The notes: generated by a model not told the origin, from the letters alone. A stretch of DNA of 64,000 nt from an uncultured Rickettsiales bacterium (GCA_964436045.1 CAYTBN010000029.1:22714-86713); one strand, 5' to 3'; positions 18,883 through 28,023 are shown, numbered from the stretch's first letter. Made by a program: numbers and translations.

Positions 18883-21573
18883 GTGCGTGCCCTTGTCGCC
18901 CTGATCCCGGCGCTGCTGTTGTTCGGCTGTCCAACCGAGGAAGATCCCCCGATCGTCGAACCGGATCCCGATTCCGATCCGGACCTGACCGAGCGCCTGG
19001 GACCCGAGGAGGCCCGTGCGGGGATCCTGGCCGAGGATGACGCTGGGGCCTTCATCGGGGGCGCCGCTGGCGAGTCCCGGGCCGGTGACTTCCTCCTGTA
19101 CAACGACCGCGCCCGCTTCGTGATCCGCGGACTGCGCGACGGCCACTTCTACATCGGCCAGCCGGGCTCGCTCATCGACGCCGACATCGTCCGCCCCGAT
19201 GGGGAGGCGGACCGGGACGGGCTCGACGACCTGTTCACCCTGGGCAACCTGGCACGGTTGTTCCGCGCCGAGGCGATCGAGGTCGTCGCCGACGGCAGCG
19301 ACGGCGGTGCAGCGGTGGTTCGGGCGACCGGGGCCGACGCCCCCTTCGCCTACCTCGAGGGGGTGATGGAGCTCCCTGGTTTTTTCCCGTCCCTCGGCGT
19401 GCAGATCACCCAGACGTTCACCCTGGCGCCCTCCTCGCCATCGCTCGAGCTCGCGACCGAGATCCACAACCCAGGTGACGAGCTGGTGGAACTCACCTTG
19501 CTCGACGCGGGGATGACCGACCTGGCCACCTTCGCCGGCTTCGCCGTGGGCGCTGGCTTCGACGGCTCCGCTCCGACCGGCCCCCGCACGATGATGGCGA
19601 TGGTCTCCCACCGCAACGACCTGGCGATGGCCATCTACCGGACCGAGGGGAGCCTGGAGGAGAGCGGGCTGTCGGTGCTGGGCGAGGAGTTCGACCTGCT
19701 GGTGGTCGAGTCCGAGAGCCTCGAGCTGGCCCCTGGGGAGACGGCGACGGTGAAGCGGCTGGTGGGCGTGGCCCCGGACCTGGCCGCCCTGGAGGCCGAC
19801 CGCCGCGACCGCCAGGGGCTGACCACCGCCGTGGTCGAGGGCACGCTGCTCGAGGTGGGTAGCGAGGCACCCATCGCGGGCGCGCGCGTGTTCCTCACCG
19901 ATCAGGACGGGAATCCCCAGATGGTGGCGGTCTCGGACAGCGAGGGCCGCTTCCGCCTCTCGTGGGAGCCGGGGGACTACCGGCTGGTGGCCGTGGGCGA
20001 CGGGAACAACGAGCGGATGGACTTCCCGGACGCCTGGGGACCCTACGGCGTCTACGCCCACCCGTCGTCCAACGAGCTGGCGACCCGGGCGTTCACCGAT
20101 CCGGAGGCGGCGGTGGGCGCCGACCAGGCGGATGGTCGCGGCCGGACGGAGCCGGTGGACGTGACCCTCGTGGACGGTGAGGTCGCCTCCGCGTCGCTGA
20201 CCCTCGATCCGCCCGCGGTCCTGTCGCTGACGGTGGAGGACGGCGACGGAAATCCCCTTCCGGCGGTGGCTCACGCCTTCTTCGCCGACGGGATGGACGA
20301 CCCACAGCCCCGGGATCGCCGGCTCGGGGAGAACCGCCCGCGCGGCGGAGCGCGGAAGGCCGCGTGGGTGCTGGACGGCGCGATGGATGTCCCGATCCCC
20401 GCGGGACAGTACGACGTCGTCGCCCAGCACGGGCCGCGCTACGAGCTCGGAGAGGCCACGGATCTCGAGCTGGTGGCAGGCCAGACCACCGCGGTGACCC
20501 TGGTGCTGGAGGAGGCCTACTCGCTCTCCGGGTACACCGCCGGGGATCTCCACACCCACGCCTCACCCTCCCTCGACGGTGAGCTGACTGTCGAGGAGCG
20601 GCTCGCCACCGTGGTGACCAACGACGTGCAGGTCCAGGTGTCCACCGACCACGATCACGTGACCGACTACCGACCGCTGGCGGCGGCGATGGGGATCGGG
20701 TCGTGGGCCGTCACCGTGCCCGGGGACGAGATCTCCCCGGAGCTCCGCGGCCATCACAACGCCTACCCCCTCGAGCCGGATCCCGACCTGCCCAACGGGG
20801 GCTCGCCACGCTGGTGGGAACGGCAGCAGACCACCGCGGAACTCCACGCCTATATCCGCGAACAGCTGGGAGACGACATCCTGATCCAGATCAACCATGG
20901 ACTGGACAGCGGGATGTTCGCGGCGTCCGACTACGATGCGTTCAGCGGAGAGCCCAACAAGCCAGACTTCTATGACGCCGACTTCGACACCATGGAGATC
21001 CTCAACAGCGGGGACTTCAGCGAGGCGGAGGAGTTGCGAGACATCCTCTGCGCACACCTGGATCAGGGCCTGCGGCCGGTGGGTACCGGAGTCAGCGACT
21101 CCCACGGCCGTCTGTCCGGCGCGGGCAACGCGCGAACCTACGTGCAGACCGGCGCCGACTCGGTCGCCGACCTCGACGTGGACGACTTCTTCACCAACCT
21201 CGCCGCCGGCCGCGCCGTGGTCAGCAGCGGCCCATTCGTCACCCTTGAGGCCGGGTACGAGGGCGACACGGCCGAGATCGGCGACACGCTGGTGGCACCC
21301 CAGGCGACCCTGTCGATGCGGGTGCTGGCCCCCAGCTGGATGGCGGTCCAGGAGGTCCGCCTGTACGGTCGCGGGTGTGAGCTGCTCGATACCTTCCTGA
21401 TCGACACCGATCTCGCCGATCCGCCCCTGTGGTTCGAGGGCGAGACCGAGGTCTATCCCCTGGAGGATGGCTACTACATGCTCGAGGTCCACGGCTGGGG
21501 CGACATGGCACCCATGTGGAGCGGCGGTCGGCCCTACGCGCTGACCAACCCCGTGTTCGTCGATCTTCCCTGA
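18883..21573 (+). CDS. lipoprotein with carboxypeptidase-regulatory-like and PHP/CehA-type metal-dependent phosphoesterase domains
   Basis: GTG start with GGAGGTG RBS. Lipobox LLFGC. His-rich motifs GDLHTHASPSLDG and STDHDH. Confidence 0.75.
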   Translation: MRALVALIPALLLFGCPTEEDPPIVEPDPDSDPDLTERLGPEEARAGILAEDDAGAFIGGAAGESRAGDFLLYNDRARFVIRGLRDGHFYIGQPGSLIDADIVRPDGEADRDGLDDLFTLGNLARLFRAEAIEVVADGSDGGAAVVRATGADAPFAYLEGVMELPGFFPSLGVQITQTFTLAPSSPSLELATEIHNPGDELVELTLLDAGMTDLATFAGFAVGAGFDGSAPTGPRTMMAMVSHRNDLAMAIYRTEGSLEESGLSVLGEEFDLLVVESESLELAPGETATVKRLVGVAPDLAALEADRRDRQGLTTAVVEGTLLEVGSEAPIAGARVFLTDQDGNPQMVAVSDSEGRFRLSWEPGDYRLVAVGDGNNERMDFPDAWGPYGVYAHPSSNELATRAFTDPEAAVGADQADGRGRTEPVDVTLVDGEVASASLTLDPPAVLSLTVEDGDGNPLPAVAHAFFADGMDDPQPRDRRLGENRPRGGARKAAWVLDGAMDVPIPAGQYDVVAQHGPRYELGEATDLELVAGQTTAVTLVLEEAYSLSGYTAGDLHTHASPSLDGELTVEERLATVVTNDVQVQVSTDHDHVTDYRPLAAAMGIGSWAVTVPGDEISPELRGHHNAYPLEPDPDLPNGGSPRWWERQQTTAELHAYIREQLGDDILIQINHGLDSGMFAASDYDAFSGEPNKPDFYDADFDTMEILNSGDFSEAEELRDILCAHLDQGLRPVGTGVSDSHGRLSGAGNARTYVQTGADSVADLDVDDFFTNLAAGRAVVSSGPFVTLEAGYEGDTAEIGDTLVAPQATLSMRVLAPSWMAVQEVRLYGRGCELLDTFLIDTDLADPPLWFEGETEVYPLEDGYYMLEVHGWGDMAPMWSGGRPYALTNPVFVDLP

Positions 21574-21633
21574 TCGGCAGCGCGCTGGGATCCTGGGCTG
21601 ACAACGCCCGCGGCTTCGTGCGATGGTCCGCAT

Positions 21634-22770
21634 GTGACCTCCCCCTCCCCAGGCACCGAACTCGAGGACTTCCTGGCCCAGATCGCGGCCGTCGATCCGC
21701 CGCGAGCTTCCGGGCGTTGCACCCTGGATCTGCCGGGAATCTTGCCGCGGAAGGGACTGCTGGCCATCGGCAGGCAGCGGGCACGGTTCCTCCAGCAAGA
21801 TCCCTTCGGCGTGACCGTGGCCCGGGACTGGGACGTCTCGACCCTCCGCGGCGCCGAGCTCGGCGATGACCCGCGGAGACGGTGGGTCCGCTTCCGGACG
21901 CCCGAGGGTGATGTCGAGGCCACCGGCTTCGAGGACGCCGCCGCCGCCGAGGCCCTGTGGTCGGCGCTGGTCGCGGCGCGCCACCCGGGCGAGTCCGCGG
22001 CGGACAGCACATCCGCCGGGGCCGACATGTTCCAGCCCGGGGGTCCCGCGCCGACGACCTCCAGGACGCCACCGCCCACCGCGCGACTCGCGGCGGTGGC
22101 GGGTGTCCTCTGCCTGACGGCGGCGGGCGGCGTGGTCGGATACCTGATGATGGACGCTCCCCCGACTCCGGAGCCCGTGGTCCTGGCTGCCGTGGCGGAA
22201 CCCGCGAAGCCCGCCGCCCCCGACGGTCTCAAGGGGCTCGGCTTTGGCCAGACCATGGATCAGGTCCGCGGCGGAATGCCCGAGATGCAGTCCGCGGTCC
22301 GGGGGCCGGCGGAGGCGGTCTCACCTGCGTTCTCGCTGGATGACGCCCTGGCCATCGGGATGCCCGGGACCTTCGTGTCGGTGACCGTGCCGGGGGAGGT
22401 GTGGGTCGTCGACACCTCCATCGGGACCGTTCCGGCGAGCTGCGAGCTGCACTTCGCGGTGGACGACGGGCTGTCTCGAATGCGGTGTCAGCTCGATCCG
22501 CTGCCCTCCCGTGAGCGGCACGTGTCGGCCGAGACGGGGTTGGTGGCGACGCTGACCTTCCGCTACGGTCCGCCCTCCACCGCGACCGAGGAGATGGACA
22601 AGTTCCTCGAGGACAGTGCATTCCGGGTCGTGGATCTGGATAGCGCCAACGGGACCTTTGTCGACGAGGCTCGCGTCGACGGCTCGATCCGGCTTCCAAG
22701 CAGCTGCCGGCTGCGCTTCGGTCCCCGCACGGTGGTGCAGTTCAGCGCCGTCGACGAGATGGGCTCCTAG
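21634..22770 (+). CDS. membrane-anchored protein with C-terminal FHA domain (ends at in-frame TAG)
   Basis: GTG start 60 nt after the previous stop. One TM helix (LAAVAGVLCLTAAGGVVGYLMM). C-terminal FHA-like segment (FRVVDLDSANGTFVDEARVDG..LRFG). TAG stop at 22768. Confidence 0.65.
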   Translation: MTSPSPGTELEDFLAQIAAVDPPRASGRCTLDLPGILPRKGLLAIGRQRARFLQQDPFGVTVARDWDVSTLRGAELGDDPRRRWVRFRTPEGDVEATGFEDAAAAEALWSALVAARHPGESAADSTSAGADMFQPGGPAPTTSRTPPPTARLAAVAGVLCLTAAGGVVGYLMMDAPPTPEPVVLAAVAEPAKPAAPDGLKGLGFGQTMDQVRGGMPEMQSAVRGPAEAVSPAFSLDDALAIGMPGTFVSVTVPGEVWVVDTSIGTVPASCELHFAVDDGLSRMRCQLDPLPSRERHVSAETGLVATLTFRYGPPSTATEEMDKFLEDSAFRVVDLDSANGTFVDEARVDGSIRLPSSCRLRFGPRTVVQFSAVDEMGS

Positions 22771-22800
22771 GCGTTCGAGCGGCTGCGGCGCGCCCTGTTC

Positions 22801-23349
22801 ATGGATCCGCTGACCGGATCGGGCAACCGGACCTTCCTGGACCTGCGGATGCGGGAGGAGATCTCCTTCGGCCGCCGCCACGGTCAGACCATCGCGGTGA
22901 TGCTGGCTGACCTGGACCACTTCAAGCTGATCAACGATCGCTTCGGCCACGTGGTCGGTGACCGGTTCCTCAAGCGCATCGGCCAGATCCTGGCGGACGT
23001 CGTCCGGGTCGAGGACTCGGTCTACCGATACGGCGGTGAGGAATTTTGCGTCCTGGTCCGGGGAATCGGGCACGACGGCCTGGTCCGGATGGCCGAGCGG
23101 ATCCGGGTGGCCATCGAGGCCTTCGAGATGCCCGTGTCCGACGAGGTGGCGAAGCTGACGGTCAGCCTGGGCATCGCGAGCCTGGTCCCCGGCGAGGACG
23201 AACCGGAGGGCAGCACCCTGGTGGTGGAAATGGAAGAGGAGCCTGTGGACGTGGCCAGCCAGCTCATCCGCCGGGCCGACGCAGCCCTCTACCTGGCCAA
23301 AGGGCGGGGACGCAACTGCGTCGAAGTCTACTCCGAGGATGGCCGCTGA
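22801..23349 (+). CDS. GGDEF-domain diguanylate cyclase (stand-alone domain)
   Basis: DPLTGSGNRTF start of the domain. Active-site motif RYGGEEF. Same reading frame as 21634..22770. Confidence 0.8.
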   Translation: MDPLTGSGNRTFLDLRMREEISFGRRHGQTIAVMLADLDHFKLINDRFGHVVGDRFLKRIGQILADVVRVEDSVYRYGGEEFCVLVRGIGHDGLVRMAERIRVAIEAFEMPVSDEVAKLTVSLGIASLVPGEDEPEGSTLVVEMEEEPVDVASQLIRRADAALYLAKGRGRNCVEVYSEDGR

Positions 23350-23469
23350 TCTCGTCTCCCTGATGGTGCCCGCGGGCCTGATCGGGCTGGCGGTGGTGTT
23401 CCCGATCGTGTTCTCGATCAATGCTTCGGTGATCGGCGCGAACCAGGATGGATGAAGGAGGACGGCAGC

Positions 23470-24390
23470 ATGACACGGCGCATCTGGATCGGTCTCGCGG
23501 CGATGGCGCTGCTGGCGGGGACGGGCTGTCCGAAGAGCGACGACGACGACAGTACGGGCGACGACGACACCACCAGCTCGGATGACGACGACGCGACGGG
23601 TGATGACGACACGACCGGGGACGACGACGCCACCGGGGATGACGACGACGCCACCGGGGACGACGACACCAGCGGCGACGACGGGGACGGCTACACGGTC
23701 TGCGAGGACTGCGACGACGGCGACCCGCTGGTCAGCCCTGGGGAGGCCGAGGCCCTCTGCAACGGGGTGGACGACGACTGCGATCCGGCCACCGACGATG
23801 CCCCCGACGACGACGGCGACGGCGCGACGGTCTGCGACGACTGCGACGACGACGACGGGTCACTGAACCTGGACGACGCGGACGGCGACGGCTGGACCAC
23901 CTGCGACGGCGATTGCGATGACGGCGATCCGGACCTGGAGCCCGCCGACCTGGACGGGGACGGCTACAGCCCCTGCGACGACGACTGCGATGACGACGAC
24001 GTCGACCTGGACCCCGCCGACGCGGACGGGGACGGCTGGTCCAGCTGCGACGGGGACTGTGACGACGCGAACGAGGGCTTCTCGATCAACTGCGAGGACC
24101 TGAACTGCGACGGCGACGGCTTGATCCACACCGTCCCCGACGGCTGCATGCACGACGGCGGCGTCAACGCGGGCGGGGACAGCCTGGAGGTCTACTGTTA
24201 CTGGGGGGTGGCCCGGTTCTGCCTGTCCGGAGAGTCTTGCCAGTGGCGCAGCGGCCAGCCGGGGAGCGACGACGGCACCACCTGCGAGCGCGCTGGCCTG
24301 ACCAGCGACTACATGGCCAACGCCTGGTGCGACTACTACGACGGCCACGCCGATTACAACTGCACCACCGCCGAGGACATCTACTTCTAG
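23470..24390 (+). CDS. Cys/Asp-rich lipoprotein with MopE-like putative metal-binding repeats
   Basis: ATG at 23470 with GGAGGA RBS. Lipobox LAGTGC. Long D-rich linker. Repeated DCDDGDP..GxxExxCxGxDDDCD units. Confidence 0.75.
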   Translation: MTRRIWIGLAAMALLAGTGCPKSDDDDSTGDDDTTSSDDDDATGDDDTTGDDDATGDDDDATGDDDTSGDDGDGYTVCEDCDDGDPLVSPGEAEALCNGVDDDCDPATDDAPDDDGDGATVCDDCDDDDGSLNLDDADGDGWTTCDGDCDDGDPDLEPADLDGDGYSPCDDDCDDDDVDLDPADADGDGWSSCDGDCDDANEGFSINCEDLNCDGDGLIHTVPDGCMHDGGVNAGGDSLEVYCYWGVARFCLSGESCQWRSGQPGSDDGTTCERAGLTSDYMANAWCDYYDGHADYNCTTAEDIYF

Positions 24391-24405
24391 CCCCTCCCCC
24401 AGACC

Positions 24406-25395
24406 TCACAGCTTGCAGCAGCGGGCGCAGCCCGGCATCAGGCCGTCCTTCATCGTCTGGCGGAAGCGGCGGTAGCGGTCACCGTTCCAGACCGCCTCCA
24501 GGGATCCGCCGCGGACGTTGCCCATCGGCGCCATGAAACCCTGACAGGGGTACACGTCCCCCTGGGCGTTGAGGTAGGTGGAGCGCCAGATGAACAGGCA
24601 GCGCCTGCCGAGGTCGGGTTCGTGGCTGTACCAGCGCTCGACCTCCCCGGGGTTGAGCACTGGCCGCGTGGATACGCCGCCCGCCCGATCCGAGTCGAGG
24701 AACTCCAGCAGCGGGGCGAACGCGCTGTCCCGGGGTTCGTAGCTGTGGCTCAGCAGCAGCAGCGGCTCCCCGGGAAAGTGTTCCTCCCAGAACGCCCGCT
24801 GGCGCCGGGTCTCCTCGCCGGTGAGGAAGTTCAGGTGACTCAGGCGCAGCGACAGGGGCCGGATGGAGGCCACGTCTTCGGCAAAACCCGGCAGCTCGGC
24901 CACGCTGTCCTCGGTGAGTACGTAGTTGACCATCGGCCTGGTGCGGGGCCCGGCCGCGTTCCACTCTCGCAGGGTCCGCAGCGCCTGTTGGAAGGCGCCG
25001 GCCTTCCCCACCGCCCGGTCGTGGGTCGCCTCGCGGCCGTGGAAGCTCACCAGGAACGCGTCCAGTCCCAGGTCGGCCAGCCGCCGCAGCTCGTCGTCCC
25101 GGTTCAGCGTGCCGTTGGTGACCACCCCGACCGGCATGCCCCGCCGCTTGAAGGCGGTCACCACGTCGACGAGGTCGTCGCGGGCGAAGGGTTCGCCGCC
25201 GGACAGGAACACCCCGGGCCGGTGGGGCGCCCAGCGGGCGGCGAGGGACCGGTAGTCGTCCAGCCCCAGCTCGTCGGCCCGTCCGACCCTGTTGTCTGCG
25301 TTGAAGCAGTAGGGACAGTCCAGGTTGCAGCGGGTGGTCAGCGTGATGTTGACCACGAAGGGGAACTCACCCGCCTTGCCACCCTTGCGCGCCAT
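24406..25395 (-). CDS. radical SAM enzyme with C-terminal SPASM domain
   Basis: CNLDCPYC (CxxxCxxC) 23 residues after the ATG at 25395. C-terminal Cys cluster (CLFIW...YPCQGF...PGCARCCKL). The N-terminal extension in the track ORF overlaps a palindromic repeat and the divergent gene, so it was rejected. Confidence 0.75.
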   Translation of the reverse strand: MARKGGKAGEFPFVVNITLTTRCNLDCPYCFNADNRVGRADELGLDDYRSLAARWAPHRPGVFLSGGEPFARDDLVDVVTAFKRRGMPVGVVTNGTLNRDDELRRLADLGLDAFLVSFHGREATHDRAVGKAGAFQQALRTLREWNAAGPRTRPMVNYVLTEDSVAELPGFAEDVASIRPLSLRLSHLNFLTGEETRRQRAFWEEHFPGEPLLLLSHSYEPRDSAFAPLLEFLDSDRAGGVSTRPVLNPGEVERWYSHEPDLGRRCLFIWRSTYLNAQGDVYPCQGFMAPMGNVRGGSLEAVWNGDRYRRFRQTMKDGLMPGCARCCKL

Positions 25396-25546
25396 CTGCG
25401 CCGGCAGGACCAGGGTGTCGCCCACCGTACGTAGCGCCGGGAAGAAGGGCCGGAAGGTGCGAATGCTCGCCAGCTGCGAGTCGACACGGGACCAGATACC
25501 CACACCGAGATGCTGAGCACCACGGAGCCACCCGTCAAGCGGAGTT

Positions 25547-25585
25547 CCGGGTGCCACGGCCGGACAAGCCGACCGTGGCACCCGG
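25547..25585. repeat. palindromic repeat element, copy 1 (ccgggtgccacgg-N13-ccgtggcacccgg)
   Basis: Perfect 13-bp inverted arms in the divergent intergenic region between the radical SAM gene and gene 25613. Confidence 0.7.
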
Positions 25586-25612
25586 CCGCTGGGTTCTCTA
25601 GAATCGCCCTGC

Positions 25613-27211
25613 ATGACCACGGAACCCACCGACAACCCTGGCGAGGCCGCCGCGGTCGTCCCAGCCCCGAAGGCGGCAGAGACGGCCGCCAGCCGGCGCG
25701 TGCTGCGCTACGCCGTGCTGGCCGGGCTCTGCCCCTTGATCCCGATCCCCTTCCTCGACGACGTGCTGGCCGGCATGTTCCGCGCCCGGATGATCCGGGG
25801 GCTGGTGGCCGATGCCGGCCTGAGGCCCGAACCGCTACAGGCGGATCTGTTGGCCTTCGAGCCCCTCCCGATCCGCCTGCTCGGCTGTTTGTTCGGCCTG
25901 ATCTGGGCAGTCGTCAGGAAGCTGTTCCGCAAGATCGTCTACATCTTCGCGGTCAAGGACTGCGTCGACACCGCCTCGCGGGTGATGCACCACGGCTGGC
26001 TGTTCCAGTACGCACTGACCGAGGGGATCCTGAACCAGCAGACCTTCGACGACGGCAACGAGGCCATCCGGCACGTCCGCGACGCGATCCGCACCGCCAC
26101 CGATCGGGTCGACCCTCGCCCGGTCAACAAGGCACTACGCCAGGTGTTCCTCGGCAGCCGCTCTCTGGTCAAGGGCGCCGCGCGCGCCGTGGGCCAGATC
26201 CTCCGCGGCGGTGGCGCGAACCGCCGAGACAGCGAGGCCACCGACCGCGCCGTCTCCGATCTGGAGACCCGTCAGGTCGGAGAGGTCGAGCGGATTCTCG
26301 ACGAACTGGTCACGACCCTCAAAGGGAGCGCTTCGTACCGCGAGAACCTGGAACGGGAGTTCCGCGAGGTCCTCGCCGAAGGCGACCCAGGGCCGAGCGC
26401 CGCGGCGCTGCTGGTGCTCTTCTTGGCCCTCGTCGCGGGCTGCGGCGGGGGAGGGCCGGTGGCAACGGACGGGACGGTTGGCTGCAACCAGGACGATCCG
26501 CAGCTGCGGGACGTCTGTCAGCTCGCCGGCGTCTGGGACCTGGACGATCCGGAGCTCGGCACCGTCCAGCCGATCTGCGAGGGCATGTCGACCACCTGGT
26601 ACCGGGACATGTGCTGGCTGGCGTCGGCCCAGTCGCCGTCCTCGACCATGGCGCTGCGGGAGCAGTCCACGGCCGCCGGCACCTGGGCCACCATGCCCGT
26701 CTCTCCCGGTGGCTGGGACGTGTGGGGCTTCTGCGAGCAGATCCACGACCCGTTCTGGGTCCAGGAGTGCAAGCTGTTCCTGCTGGACATGTACGTGGGC
26801 GACATCGATCCGACGAGCCGGCTGACGATCTGCCTGAGCGAGATGCCGTTGCTGCAGGAGATCTGCGTCAAGCACGGGGTCAATCGCTGGGCGGAGGGCA
26901 TGACCCAGGTCTGCGTGCCCGGCGGCGCTCCGCAGTGCACCTCGTGGTTCAGTCCCGACGAGCTGGCAGCCCAGCTGGACGCGCTGCGGGTGGGAGGCGC
27001 TGCTAGCCCCCAGCCCGCGGTGGCGGCGCTCGCGCGGGCGCTGCTCGAGCACGCCCATCCCGACGACTGGGAAACACGCTGTCTCGCGCTGCCGGGCGCC
27101 GACGCGGCCCGCTGCCGGCCAGCCGCCGATCCGCACCAGGCGGGCGTGATGAAGCTCCAACGGGTGGACTCCCTGGTCTGGCGCGAAGTGGAGGAGCCCC
27201 GATGGTGGTGA
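25613..27211 (+). CDS. two-part membrane protein with C-terminal Cys/Trp-rich periplasmic domain, hypothetical
   Basis: ATG start. N-terminal half is hydrophobic/amphipathic. Central segment LVLFLALVAGCGGGG resembles a TM/lipobox. C-terminal 250 aa contain about 14 Cys. Confidence 0.6.
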   Translation: MTTEPTDNPGEAAAVVPAPKAAETAASRRVLRYAVLAGLCPLIPIPFLDDVLAGMFRARMIRGLVADAGLRPEPLQADLLAFEPLPIRLLGCLFGLIWAVVRKLFRKIVYIFAVKDCVDTASRVMHHGWLFQYALTEGILNQQTFDDGNEAIRHVRDAIRTATDRVDPRPVNKALRQVFLGSRSLVKGAARAVGQILRGGGANRRDSEATDRAVSDLETRQVGEVERILDELVTTLKGSASYRENLEREFREVLAEGDPGPSAAALLVLFLALVAGCGGGGPVATDGTVGCNQDDPQLRDVCQLAGVWDLDDPELGTVQPICEGMSTTWYRDMCWLASAQSPSSTMALREQSTAAGTWATMPVSPGGWDVWGFCEQIHDPFWVQECKLFLLDMYVGDIDPTSRLTICLSEMPLLQEICVKHGVNRWAEGMTQVCVPGGAPQCTSWFSPDELAAQLDALRVGGAASPQPAVAALARALLEHAHPDDWETRCLALPGADAARCRPAADPHQAGVMKLQRVDSLVWREVEEPRWW

Positions 27212-27567
27212 TCCGGACCCTGTCCCGGCGGGGACTGGCGCTGGCGCTCGCGGGCTGGCTGGGCCTGCTGGGCGGCGCCTGCAAGGGCGGGGTCTGTGAC
27301 GACTCCTGCCTCCGCGAACGGGCCCTCGAGGGCTTCCGTACCGACTACGCCGCCGGAATCGAGGCCCTGCGCGCGATCCAGGATCCGGTGGTCGCCCAGG
27401 CCACGGTGATGGACGTGGTGCGGGCCCCGGACATCGACCTGCAGATGCCCGACCAGGTGCAGGAGGTCTGCGGCGTGGCCGGCACCGACGTGCTGTTCAG
27501 CCTGTGCATGGAGCGCTACTCGCACCACCACATCAAGCAGATGCTCGACGGCCCCGCCCCTCCGTGA
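27202..27567 (+). CDS. small Cys-containing lipoprotein
   Basis: ATGGTGGTGA overlap with the upstream stop. Lipobox LLGGAC. 6 Cys. Confidence 0.55.
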   Translation: MVVIRTLSRRGLALALAGWLGLLGGACKGGVCDDSCLRERALEGFRTDYAAGIEALRAIQDPVVAQATVMDVVRAPDIDLQMPDQVQEVCGVAGTDVLFSLCMERYSHHHIKQMLDGPAPP

Positions 27568-27581
27568 CCCCAGGCCGGCCT

Positions 27582-27821
27582 TCAGTTGGTGCTGCGGCTG
27601 ACCTCGATCCAGTCCGTCCCGTCGCAGATCAGCGTCAGGGCGTCGTGGGCGCCGACCTGGACGGCGAAGTCGCTGTTGAGCTTGAGGTTGCCGCCCTTTT
27701 TCACCGAGAACGCCCCGGACGGGTCGAAGCGCAGCGTGGTCTTGCGGCCGGGCCACGAGGCGGTGATCGAGGTGATATCGTTGCTTCCCTTGACCACGAA
27801 GAAGCTCGAGGTGCGGGACAT
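27582..27821 (-). CDS. small hypothetical protein (79 aa), atypical K/N/S/T-rich composition
   Basis: ATG at 27821. High GC3 but an amino-acid composition unlike its neighbours. Confidence 0.45.
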   Translation of the reverse strand: MSRTSSFFVVKGSNDITSITASWPGRKTTLRFDPSGAFSVKKGGNLKLNSDFAVQVGAHDALTLICDGTDWIEVSRSTN

Positions 27822-27967
27822 CCCGTAGACGTTCTCGGAACGTCGGTTCGATCTCGGCACGGGGTTTGCGTCGGCCCGCCCAGCGGTTCTCGACGCTTGG
27901 GATCGGGGCCGATCCGCAGCCAGCGTGCGTGCCATCGCAGGCGATTCCGGCCGTGCTTCCGCGGGGA

Positions 27968-27996
27968 CACGGCCGGACAAGCCGACCGTGGCACCC
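27968..27996. repeat. palindromic repeat element, copy 2
   Basis: cacggccggacaagccgaccgtggcaccc. Located 28 nt downstream of the stop of CDS 28024..29874. Confidence 0.65.
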
Positions 27997-28023
27997 GATT
28001 CTGGGGCATTTTCCCGAACGCTG

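Noticed and set aside
25396-25635. N-terminal extension of the radical SAM ORF (track start 25635)
   Set aside because: It would overlap the divergent gene starting at 25613, and it contains the DNA-level palindromic repeat. The CxxxCxxC motif sits at a normal distance from the ATG at 25395.
27841-27905. tRNA-like T-loop resemblance (ggttcgatctc)
   Set aside because: It does not match the GGTTCGAATCC consensus, and no cloverleaf arms could be built by eye.
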